DNA from: an uncultured delta proteobacterium
Lineage (GTDB): Bacteria > Myxococcota_A > Polyangia > Polyangiales > Polyangiaceae
Assembly (NCBI GenBank): GCA_963696385.1
Contig: CAVOKF010000008.1
Span: forward strand, 768,001 to 832,000
Reading direction: 5' to 3'
DNA length: 64,000 nucleotides
In this document: in pieces, positions 38,762 to 47,953 of the stretch
Layout of the letters: each line of letters begins with the position of its first letter
How positions within the stretch are numbered: the stretch's first letter is position 1
Translations under genes and position numbers: made by a program
Notes under the pieces: model-generated
Database searches by the model: none
Told to the model about the DNA's origin: nothing
The model's input: the letters and a program-made list of their open reading frames with translations, nothing else

Positions 38762-40648
38762 ATGCGCCGAGGTCGGGCGAGCCAGATCGGCGCTCTCGCC
38801 GCGGCGGCGATCGTCTTCGCCACGCCGGCTTCGAGGGCGGCCGACGTCGGGAACGTCGTTGGCAAAGATTTGGTGCTCGACGTCACCGAGACGACCATCG
38901 TGGCGCAGCACTTCGACGCCCGGGGCGGCGAACTTCCGCAAGACTCGGGCTGGGGCGAATGGCTCAATCGCCTCAATGCGGCGCTGCGCTGGGGAAACTG
39001 GACGGCCGGGCTGCGCATCGACTCGCAGGTGTATTGGCGGCGTCCGATCGACAATCCGAACTTCGGATCGCTCACGCCACCCAATCAGGCTCAAGTCGTG
39101 CTCGACAACGAATCGCGCTTTCGCACATCGGTGTATCCGTCCAAAGTCTGGGCGACGTTCGCCTCCCGCGGCGTCGAAGTGACGGTCGGAGACAGCTACG
39201 TTCAGTTCGGACGAGGGCTGGTCCTGCTGATGCGTAAGATCGACGACCTCGGCGTGGACACCACGCTGCGCGGCGTGAAGGCTCGCGTCGAGCAGGATTC
39301 CTTCGCTGTGACGGCCGTCGCGGGCTTCGGCAACCCATCGCGCGTCGACGAGGCAACCGGGCGCGCGCTCTTCGTGAGCGTGCCGGCGCCCGGCGACATG
39401 GCGATGCCCATGTTTGGGAGCGACCGCATCGTCGGGGCCGAAATTCAAGCGGGCCGCGGACTGCCCGTCGTACTCGCGACGCACGCCGTCCAGGTTGCTC
39501 GGTGCGCCCCGTACGCGTACGACGCGGGCCGCCCGATCACCAACTTCGGCGCCGACCCATCGGGTGTCCTCTTTGGGACCTGCAACCCGAGCGATACGGC
39601 GATCTGGCTCGCGTCGCTGCCGAACGACCCGACGTCGCTCAACGCGCGCGACATCACGATGATGAGCGAGTCGCTCGAGGTTCCCGATCTCTGGGGGCAC
39701 GGCAAGCTCTACGTCGAAGCGGCACTGCAGCAGCGAATGCACGACAACCGCGCGGAAGACCTCGACGGGAACGGGAATGCGATTTACTCGGCGCTTTCGC
39801 TCGACGCCGGACCCGCGGCGCTCACGTTCGAGCTCAAGAGCAATCGCAATTTTTACGCCGTTCCCGCAGCCATCAACCTGTCGCGAGCGAGCGAGTTCAT
39901 CGCCGACACGTACTCGTTTCTGCCGCCCGCCGAGACGTTCAATCAGATCGATACCGAGTTCGGAAATTTCAACGCGTGCGTCGACGGCGGGCGTTTGCGC
40001 GGCGACTACCGGGTGGGCAAGAGCCTGATGCTCTGGGCCCAGGGCGTCTACGCGTACACCAAATCGGAGCAAAATGCCGAATGTGACGCCCACGGCAACA
40101 CGATCGGGACTCCCCCCGCCGCCGCCGCCAGCGTCCAGAATCGCGTCTGGGACGGCGTGGGCGGCTTCGAATGGTACTTCGACGCCCAGTCGTCACACGT
40201 GTACGCATCGGTCGGGGCCCGCGACGACACGATGGCGACGGGGGAATTTTTCTACCGCGAACTCCACGCGGAGTACTCCATCGTCAAATGGATCACGGGA
40301 CCCGTATCCATCGAGATTCAAGGACGTCACCGACTTCGCAAAGAGGCAAGCACCAACCTCGAGCCCGTTGGCGACACCTACGTCGAACAGTGGTGGCACG
40401 AAGGCGAGAACTATGTGGCGCTGAAGGTGGCCCCGAAGTGGGTATTTACTCAGGGCTTCGAGTACACGACGTTGATCGGGCAGCCCACCTATTACGTGAA
40501 CGGGGGGGCGATCTACAAGTTCACGAGCGGATCGAACGTGCGCCTGTTCGTCGGGCAGCAGAGGGGAGCCTTTCGATGCACGAGTGGAGCGTGCCGCTAT
40601 TTCCCTCCCTTCGAGGGCGCCGAGGCCGAGCTCACGCTGAGGTTCTGA
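38762..40648 (+). CDS. Outer-membrane beta-barrel protein, DUF6029-like
   Basis: Signal peptide; GDSYVQFGRGLVL; C-terminal GQQRGAFRCTSGACRYFPPFEG; terminal Phe (LTLRF). Confidence 0.75.
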   Translation: MRRGRASQIGALAAAAIVFATPASRAADVGNVVGKDLVLDVTETTIVAQHFDARGGELPQDSGWGEWLNRLNAALRWGNWTAGLRIDSQVYWRRPIDNPNFGSLTPPNQAQVVLDNESRFRTSVYPSKVWATFASRGVEVTVGDSYVQFGRGLVLLMRKIDDLGVDTTLRGVKARVEQDSFAVTAVAGFGNPSRVDEATGRALFVSVPAPGDMAMPMFGSDRIVGAEIQAGRGLPVVLATHAVQVARCAPYAYDAGRPITNFGADPSGVLFGTCNPSDTAIWLASLPNDPTSLNARDITMMSESLEVPDLWGHGKLYVEAALQQRMHDNRAEDLDGNGNAIYSALSLDAGPAALTFELKSNRNFYAVPAAINLSRASEFIADTYSFLPPAETFNQIDTEFGNFNACVDGGRLRGDYRVGKSLMLWAQGVYAYTKSEQNAECDAHGNTIGTPPAAAASVQNRVWDGVGGFEWYFDAQSSHVYASVGARDDTMATGEFFYRELHAEYSIVKWITGPVSIEIQGRHRLRKEASTNLEPVGDTYVEQWWHEGENYVALKVAPKWVFTQGFEYTTLIGQPTYYVNGGAIYKFTSGSNVRLFVGQQRGAFRCTSGACRYFPPFEGAEAELTLRF

Positions 40649-40855
40649 CCCAATGCTTCAGAACCATGCGGGGGCAAGGGATTCGAGATCCGCTTCGGCG
40701 GCGCAGTTCCGCAAGGCTACACATCCATCCGGCCGTCGTCGGTGGGACGGTCCCTCGAGGGCGTCCTTTCGCCGGCCGGCACTCGACCTGACGTCGTCGG
40801 AGCCGTAGGCTCGGCTTCGATGCCCGACTTCCCGGCTTTCACGAAGTGATCGCGC

Positions 40856-41926
40856 ATGCCATCGACGAGCACCTCCGCCGCGCCACGCGCGCGCATCCTT
40901 ACCGGCGACACCCCTTCGGGGAAGCTCCACATCGGCCACTGGGTCGGATCGCTCGAGAATCGCGTGCGACTGCAGGACGCGTACGAGTGCTACTTCCTCA
41001 TCGCCAACCTGCACGCCTTCACGACGCGCGCCGATAGGCCCTCCGAGATCGCGCACGACACGCTCGAGATCCTCAAGGACTGGCTCGCCGCCGGCATCGA
41101 CCCCGATCGCGCCACGGTCGTCGTGCAGAGCGAGGTGCCGGCGATCACGGAGCTTACTTGGCACCTGTCGATGCTGCTGCCCTTCAACCGGGTCATGCGC
41201 AACCCCACGCTGAAGGAGGAGCTCGACGTGAAGGGACTCGGCGACAAGTACAGCTTCGGGTTTCCCCTCTACGCGGTCGGGCAGTGCGCCGACATCCTCG
41301 CGTTCCGTCCGGCGCTCGTTCCCGTCGGCGAGGACCAGCTCGCACACATCGAGATGTGCCGCGAAGTGGCCCGGCGTTTCAATCACACCTACTGCGGGGT
41401 GGATCCGGCGACGCCCGACGCCGAACACGTCCGGGCGGGCGGGCTGCTCCCGATCCCCGTGGGGCTCGTGGGACGGGTGGGCCGCCTCGTCGGCGTCGAC
41501 GGCACGCAGAAAATGTCGAAGAGCCTCGGCAACGCCATCTACCTCACCGACACAACGGCGCAGATCAAGAAGAAGGTGGCGCAGATCTACACCGGCCGCG
41601 TCGAGATGAACGCGCCGGGCGACACGGACAACGCGCTCTTCCAATACGTCCGCAGCTTTGTCGCCGACCCGGCGCGGGTCGCGGAGCTGGAGGACCGTTA
41701 CCGGCGGGGCGACGCCATCGGCGACGGACACCTGAAGGCCGAGGTCGCAGCCGCCATCGACGCGCTTCTGGCGCCGATGCGGGAGCGGCGCGCGCGCTTC
41801 GACGCGCGGGGCGGCGACGACATGCTCTACGACATCATCCGGACTCACTCGGCGCGCGCGAACGGAGCCGCCGCCGAGACGCTTGGCGGGGTGCGGGAGG
41901 CCATGAAGCTGCAGTTCGTGCGCTAG
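40856..41926 (+). CDS. trpS: Tryptophan--tRNA ligase
   Basis: LTGDTPSGKLHIGH, QCADIL, VPVGEDQ, KMSKS. Confidence 0.95.
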   Translation: MPSTSTSAAPRARILTGDTPSGKLHIGHWVGSLENRVRLQDAYECYFLIANLHAFTTRADRPSEIAHDTLEILKDWLAAGIDPDRATVVVQSEVPAITELTWHLSMLLPFNRVMRNPTLKEELDVKGLGDKYSFGFPLYAVGQCADILAFRPALVPVGEDQLAHIEMCREVARRFNHTYCGVDPATPDAEHVRAGGLLPIPVGLVGRVGRLVGVDGTQKMSKSLGNAIYLTDTTAQIKKKVAQIYTGRVEMNAPGDTDNALFQYVRSFVADPARVAELEDRYRRGDAIGDGHLKAEVAAAIDALLAPMRERRARFDARGGDDMLYDIIRTHSARANGAAAETLGGVREAMKLQFVR

Positions 41927-42022
41927 TACCTCGATTCCGCGGAATGGAAGGGTCGTTTTCCGCGATATTCCCGACGGGATCGGGTGGTCTCACCCCTCCG
42001 TTTCATGGAATCGGGGTACTAG
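41923..42022. mobile_element. 100-bp MITE-like inverted-repeat element bounded by CTAG
   Basis: Left end CTAGTACCTCGATTCCGCGGAATGGAAGGGT matches the reverse complement of the right end, CTAGTACCCCGATTCCATGAAACGGAGGGGT. Confidence 0.7.
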
Positions 42023-42244
42023 TCCCCCGCGCAATCTTCGAGTCCTTCGCCGATCGCCTCGACGGCAGTCGATCCACCGACGGTGGAGCGTCCTTCAGCG
42101 CGAGGGTCATGCGCTCGCTCGCCGCGTCCAGTCCGGGCCGACGTTTTTGGTGTCTTCGTTACCCCTGAATATCCGACCACCGTCCGCGCGGCACGGTCTC
42201 TGCGTTGCGGCTAGGCTTTATTCATGAAATGGGGGAGGGGCTCG

Positions 42245-44362
42245 ATGAACCGGATCCTTTGCGCAGAGTCCGTGGGGGTCGTCGCTCTCGTCACGACAGC
42301 GGCTTGCGGCGGTCGGGTGGACGACGGCGCTCCGGCAGGCGTTGCCGGCGGATATGCCAAGGAAGGCGGTGTCGCGCTCGACGCCGGTCCCCCACCCTCG
42401 GCGGACGCAAGCGCGCTCGACGCCGGTCCCCCGCCCTCGGCGGGCAGCGCGATCGGTTGCCTGGCGACTGGCGACGCGGCGGCGACGGGGGGCGCGGCAG
42501 CCAACTTCGTCGCCGTATCCGTGGGGAATGGCTTCGTCTGCGCCCTCACCGCGAGTGGCGCGGTCGAGTGCTGGGGTTCCGGCCCAGTCGCTTCCAGCGC
42601 GTACCCAGTGACCGTTCCTGGTCTCGAGAGCGGCATAACGGCCATATCCGCTGGAAACCTCTTTGCCTGCGCCTTGACGACCAACGGCGCAGTCCAGTGC
42701 TGGGGTTATAGCCAAGTCACATCCAGCCTGTCCGCGGTGACTGTGGTCCCGGGTCTCGAGAGCGGTATTGTCGCGGTCTCAGTCGGAAGCACGGCCGATG
42801 GTCCGGGCGGGGTGGCGGAACCCTTTTCGGCCTGCGCACTCACAGCAAGCGGTGCGGTCCAGTGCTGGGGCGACAATACCTACGGTCAACTCGGCAACGG
42901 CTCCAGCGGATTTTCGTCCAGCAGCTTGGTGCCGGTGCCCGTCACGGGGCTCGACAGCGGCGTGACCGCCGTATCCGTGGGGGGTGTCGATGCATGCGCC
43001 ATCACCGCGGCCGGCGCGGTCCAATGCTGGGGCGACAACTCGTTTGGTCAACTCGGCATCGATCCGACTGCACTCGCTTCCAGCGCGGTGCCTGTGCCGG
43101 TTCCCGGTCTCACGTCGGGCGTGGTCGCCGTGTCCGTCGGAGAGGCCGCCGCCTGCGCGCTCACCGTGGAGGGCCAGGTCGAATGCTGGGGAAACGCTTG
43201 GGGCTTCATTTCCGAGGTGGCCGGGCCGTCGGGCCCGGTGCCCGTCGCAGGCCTGTCCGGCGGCGTCAGCGCGGTATCCGTGACCCGAAACGACGGCTGC
43301 GCGCTCACCTCGGGTACCGGGGTCGTGTGCTGGGGCGACAATCTCTCGCTGGGCAACGTGTATCCGCCGATGACCGTCGTGGGGCTCGAGAGCGGCGCAA
43401 CCGCCATCGCCGTGGGGGGGCCTTATGGTGACCCAGCCGCCTGTGCAGTGACGAGGGATGGCGGGGTCGAGTGCTGGGGCGGGCTCAACTCCGTTCCTAT
43501 GCCGTTCGGTCTCGCGTGCGCATACGAGAATGGGGAGGCCGCAGGCAATTCCCCCAACTCGGCGGACTCTTCCACGACGGCATGCGCCGACCCCCTGACG
43601 TTCGCAGACCCGTTCGTCGAGGCCAACGTGCGCGCAGCCATCGGAGTGCCGATTGGGCCAATCCATCCGGCCGACGTAGCGGGTCTCACCGACTTGTCGA
43701 TGACCCCCCCCGCCAACACCCCGGCGATTCCTCCCCCCGGGTACGTCGGTCCCGTCACGTCCCTCGCGGGCATCGAGTGCCTTTGGAACCTGCGCACGGT
43801 GGTCTTCGAAGCGTACTTCGTGGACCTTACGCCGCTTTCGCGCCTTCCGAACCTCACGCTTCTCGCTTTGATAGAACCCTGGGAGACCAACATTCCGAGC
43901 CTGCCTCACGTGACATTCTTTCAGGGGGACCTTCATTCGAATACGGTGGATGTGTTGGCGGCATTTTCTTCGTTGAGGGTGCTCGAGTTGCTGTTCGCCG
44001 ACCTGTCGACCCCGCAGGCCCAAGCGGCGCTCTCGGCACGGACCGGTCTGACGACGCTCTCCGCTCCAGGCGCGGGGCTCACCGACACGGCCCCCCTCGC
44101 GCCCCTGAGCCTTCTGACGGATGTCGATATCGACTCGAATCAGATTCAAGACATCTCGTCGCTTTCGACTCTTGCGAACCTCCGAAGTCTCGACCTGAGC
44201 CGCAATCAGATCACGGACCTGTCTCCCTTGGTCGCCAACGTCTCTCTCGGCTACGGGACCGCCATCGCGATCGAGGGCAACCCGATCGACTGCACGGCGC
44301 AGGCGCAAAACATCGCGGCGTTGAGGGCACGGGGTGTCACCTTGACGACGGATTGCCCGTGA
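42245..44362 (+). CDS. Lipoprotein with RCC1/BLIP-II repeats and internalin-like leucine-rich repeats
   Basis: CALTxxGAVQCWGDNxxGQLG repeats; SNQIQDISSL and LDLSRNQITDLSPL LRRs. Confidence 0.88.
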   Translation: MNRILCAESVGVVALVTTAACGGRVDDGAPAGVAGGYAKEGGVALDAGPPPSADASALDAGPPPSAGSAIGCLATGDAAATGGAAANFVAVSVGNGFVCALTASGAVECWGSGPVASSAYPVTVPGLESGITAISAGNLFACALTTNGAVQCWGYSQVTSSLSAVTVVPGLESGIVAVSVGSTADGPGGVAEPFSACALTASGAVQCWGDNTYGQLGNGSSGFSSSSLVPVPVTGLDSGVTAVSVGGVDACAITAAGAVQCWGDNSFGQLGIDPTALASSAVPVPVPGLTSGVVAVSVGEAAACALTVEGQVECWGNAWGFISEVAGPSGPVPVAGLSGGVSAVSVTRNDGCALTSGTGVVCWGDNLSLGNVYPPMTVVGLESGATAIAVGGPYGDPAACAVTRDGGVECWGGLNSVPMPFGLACAYENGEAAGNSPNSADSSTTACADPLTFADPFVEANVRAAIGVPIGPIHPADVAGLTDLSMTPPANTPAIPPPGYVGPVTSLAGIECLWNLRTVVFEAYFVDLTPLSRLPNLTLLALIEPWETNIPSLPHVTFFQGDLHSNTVDVLAAFSSLRVLELLFADLSTPQAQAALSARTGLTTLSAPGAGLTDTAPLAPLSLLTDVDIDSNQIQDISSLSTLANLRSLDLSRNQITDLSPLVANVSLGYGTAIAIEGNPIDCTAQAQNIAALRARGVTLTTDCP

Positions 44363-44540
44363 CCAAGAACATCGAGAAAGCAGGCCCGCGGCGTTTCGCG
44401 CACGTCCAGCACGTCACGACCGCCGGCCCCGCCCTGGACCCGCAAAGTGGACAGCCGTTGACCCAACCGCTTCGGATCGCCCGTTCGCCCCGAAGAGAGC
44501 GGCTCGCAGGGGGTGGGACATCGGGATAGGTTGATTGCCG

Positions 44541-46292
44541 ATGGGCCTGAGCGATCCATTTGGAAAGGGGGCTGTGCTCACCCGGTGGGCGCCGTGCGCG
44601 CTGGTCGCGGCGGGATGCTCAGCGCGCGCGCCGGCAGCCTCGGTCGCGAGCGGTCCTGCGTCGATCGATTCGGGCGCCGCCACCCAATTCGCCACCGATG
44701 CAGCCGCTCCGGCGTCTGGCAGCGGCACGCTTTCCGTCGACGGCGGGCTGTCGCTCGGCCCAGCGTTTCCGCCCGAACCCGTGGGCGCCGGGCAGATCAC
44801 GGACGCGCAGGCGGCCAGCCTCGCCGGCAGCTTTTCCAGCGCGGCGCCCGGGTCCGCGCCCGCGCCCTGTCTCACCGAGCCCACATTCGGCGCGATGTTT
44901 CCCACCAATTTTACGCCGCCCCTCTTCGAGTGGACGGCAGACTCCACGCTCGACGTATTCGAGCTGCGCTTGCACGTGGATGGTGAAGAGAACGATCTTC
45001 TCGTCTACACGGACCAGACCACGTTCCAGATGCCCTCGGCGGCCTGGACCACGCTCGCCGCCGGAAGCGCAGGCCAGGACGTCGCCGTATCCCTGCGCGC
45101 CGGAACTCTCGTCGGCGGGGTCGCGAGCAGCGTCGTCACCGGACCGAACGGCGTCATCCACATTGCGCCCGTGGCAGCGCCCGGGGCCGTAGTTTACTGG
45201 ACGACTTCTGCCTCGAGCGCGCTCAAGGGGTTCCATATCGGCGACAGCAGCGCGACGACCGTGCTCACGCCGGCACTGATGCAGCAAGCCAGCCCAGGAC
45301 AATCAGCGACGTGCATCGGCTGCCACGTGTCGAGCCCCGACGGGACGGTAGCCTTCGTCGATCGCCAGGACGACGCGAACGGGCCCTTCGGAATCGACGC
45401 GCGCCTGGTCGACGGGACGGGCCAGCAACCGGCCAGCGCCATCGTCTCGAACGCAGCGCTCGCGACCCTGTCGCTCACGTACAACGTATTTCCGACGCTT
45501 TCGCTCGCGCACTACTCAGCGACGGATGCCGTCGCGCTGTCGGTGCGTAACGTCAACGTCGACGGCGGCGGCTACGACGACATGGGCTCCTACGAGCTCG
45601 TGTGGACGGACTTGCACACGGGAGCGTCGGGGACGATGCAACGGACGGGCGACCCGGGACAGCCGGACAGCCCCGACTTTTCACACGATGGCGCCACCGT
45701 GGCGTACACGTCCACCACCGGCGGGCCGATTTCGATCTACGAAGCGAACGCGACGACCGACGTGTACACGGTTCCCTATGCCAATCGGGCCGGCGGCGGC
45801 GCGAGCGCTCTCGCGGGCGCCAGCGATCCTGCGTACAATGAGTACTTTCCTGCGTATTCGCCGGGAGACACGTTCGTCTCGTTCGACCGCATTGGCGCCG
45901 GCGAGTCGATCTATGCGGCACCCAACGCCGAGGTGTTCGTCGTCCCGGCAGCGGGCGGAGCTCCGACGCGTCTGGCCGCGAACGATCCGCCGCAGTGCAC
46001 AGGGGTCACGAGCCCGGGAGTCGGCAATTCGTGGCCACGGTGGGCTCCGAGCAGCAGCCTGGTCGGGTCCAAGCGGTATTACTGGTTGGTTTTTTCCTCG
46101 ACGCGGCGAAGCCCGCCGGACGCGCCAACGCCGATCCCCCAGCTCTTCCTCTGTGCGATTGTCACATCACTGAATGGCACGTCCGAGGTCGTCGATTCGA
46201 CCTACCCGGCCGTGTACATTCCGGCGCAGACTCCGACGGAGTCGAACCATACGCCGGCGTGGGATCAATTCCAGCTTCCGCCGCCGCGATAA
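44541..46292 (+). CDS. TolB/WD40-like beta-propeller lipoprotein with a CxxCH motif
   Basis: Lipobox AAGC; CIGCHVSSPDG, PDFSHDG, PAYSPG, NSWPRWAP, WLVFSSTR, NHTPAW. Confidence 0.8.
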   Translation: MGLSDPFGKGAVLTRWAPCALVAAGCSARAPAASVASGPASIDSGAATQFATDAAAPASGSGTLSVDGGLSLGPAFPPEPVGAGQITDAQAASLAGSFSSAAPGSAPAPCLTEPTFGAMFPTNFTPPLFEWTADSTLDVFELRLHVDGEENDLLVYTDQTTFQMPSAAWTTLAAGSAGQDVAVSLRAGTLVGGVASSVVTGPNGVIHIAPVAAPGAVVYWTTSASSALKGFHIGDSSATTVLTPALMQQASPGQSATCIGCHVSSPDGTVAFVDRQDDANGPFGIDARLVDGTGQQPASAIVSNAALATLSLTYNVFPTLSLAHYSATDAVALSVRNVNVDGGGYDDMGSYELVWTDLHTGASGTMQRTGDPGQPDSPDFSHDGATVAYTSTTGGPISIYEANATTDVYTVPYANRAGGGASALAGASDPAYNEYFPAYSPGDTFVSFDRIGAGESIYAAPNAEVFVVPAAGGAPTRLAANDPPQCTGVTSPGVGNSWPRWAPSSSLVGSKRYYWLVFSSTRRSPPDAPTPIPQLFLCAIVTSLNGTSEVVDSTYPAVYIPAQTPTESNHTPAWDQFQLPPPR

Positions 46293-46604
46293 GACCTGCT
46301 TGTACGATCTCGACGGCCGCTGCCGCGCGAAGGCTGCGCGGCGAGGGGGGTGGTGCAATGCGAGACGCGACGCGGCCGCGGCGGCATCGCGCCGGGCCCC
46401 ATTTGCGCTCTTGTTTGGAAGGTCGTAGGCTGGCCTCGTGAGTTCCGGTCTGCACCTGCGCGCCGCCCGATTCGTTCGCGGTGGGTGGCGATCCATCGCA
46501 CCAAGGCCGGCTTTAACCTGAGATAGGGAGGAGGCGGCCAGTCGGGTCGCCCCTGCACACCCGTGCGATTCGTTGGGGTGGCCCGCGAAGCTGCCACGAC
46601 GAAG

Positions 46605-47405
46605 ATGACGGATCGCTACACGTTTGGGGACAATGACCTCGCGGCGGCGCGCCTCGCCCTGCTTGCCGAAGTGTACAAACCGACCACACGGCAACTCCTC
46701 ACAGAGTTCGCCGCCGTTTCCGTGGATGTCGCTGTGGACCTCGGTTGCGGTCCAGGACACTCTACGGAGCTGCTTCACGCCACCGTTGGCGCCGGCGCAA
46801 CCTGGGGTCTCGACGCATCGAAGCGCCTCATCGAGAGGGCACGGGCCCGCGTGGGTGCTTCCATTGGGTTCGCGATTCACGACGTAACCACCTCGCCACT
46901 TCCGATCGGTGGCATCGATCTCGCGTATGCGCGCCACTTGCTCGCGCATCTCGCAGACCCCAGGGCCGTGCTGACGGCATGTGCCTCGGCCTCTCGCTCC
47001 GGAGGCCGGCTGGTGCTCGAGGAGACGGCGGCCCTAGATTCCTCCGAACCAGTCTTCGTGGAGTACTACGCTTGCGTGCGCGAAATGCTGCGTCACTACG
47101 GGCAAAACATGTTCATCGGCTCGAGCCTTGAACGACTTGCTCAGGCGACGCCTTGGAGAGTCGAGCGCTTCGAACGCATCTCGGTTCCGCTCGACGCGCG
47201 AACCATGGCCACGTTGCATGCCATGAACGTGCGTACCTGGAGTCAGGACGCGTTTGCGGCATCCTCGTTCGACGCGCGGACGATGGGCGCGATGACCGAG
47301 AACCTCGATGCCATCGCGTCAGGCGATCGCGAAGTTCCGCCCGTGGCCGGTGTCTTGGGTCAAGCGGTTCTTCGCCTTGATGGCGTTTGCCACCCGGGGT
47401 GGTGA
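46605..47405 (+). CDS. Class I SAM-dependent methyltransferase
   Basis: VDLGCGPGHST, GLDAS, DLAYARHLL, SGGRLVLEE. Confidence 0.88.
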   Translation: MTDRYTFGDNDLAAARLALLAEVYKPTTRQLLTEFAAVSVDVAVDLGCGPGHSTELLHATVGAGATWGLDASKRLIERARARVGASIGFAIHDVTTSPLPIGGIDLAYARHLLAHLADPRAVLTACASASRSGGRLVLEETAALDSSEPVFVEYYACVREMLRHYGQNMFIGSSLERLAQATPWRVERFERISVPLDARTMATLHAMNVRTWSQDAFAASSFDARTMGAMTENLDAIASGDREVPPVAGVLGQAVLRLDGVCHPGW

Positions 47406-47736
47406 AAGGTGAACGGGAGCTGCAGCCGGCGACGCCACGCGACCCGCCGGCACCGGCACCTGGTGAGGCGGCTTCGATTCGACGCCAGCGACCGGCGACG
47501 AGACGGGTGGCGCAGCCGAAAGAGCGATGTCGGCGACGATCGTGGCCTGCGGCCTCACGGTTGTCGAGTGCCTCCGGCAAGAGAAACTTCAGTGCGACTC
47601 GCTCGTCGAGCTGCATGTAATGGGCGGCGACGAGCACGCCCATGCCTCCGGCGCCCAGCACCCGCTCCACGCGGTACTTGCCCGCGAAGACCTCGCCTTC
47701 CCGAATGCCTGCCGCTGACTCAAGACCCCGATTCAT
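47405..47736 (-). pseudogene. Ser/Thr protein kinase remnant (subdomains I-II only)
   Basis: AGKYRVERVLGAGGMGV and ERVALKFLLPE, then homology is lost near 47548. Confidence 0.8.
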
Positions 47737-47953
47737 GATTCCGAGCCCACCTGTGTTGGCTACTTCCCTCCTCCGCCGCACGATCGCTCAGGAGTCGCCG
47801 CCAAACAAGACTTGATGATCGCCCTCGGATCGACTCGGATCACGCCGTGCTCGGCGTCCCCGTCTCCCGGCTTGCGGCCACGCTCGCCGATCTGGCAGCC
47901 CGGGCAATGAGGGCGCTCCGCCACGCGTGCCGCGCGAAGGACGTGACTTCTGG

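Noticed and set aside
40666..40690. GCGGGGGCAAGGGATTCGA resembling the reverse complement of a tRNA 3' end
   Set aside because: No cloverleaf, the T stem does not pair, and there is no partner repeat in the window.
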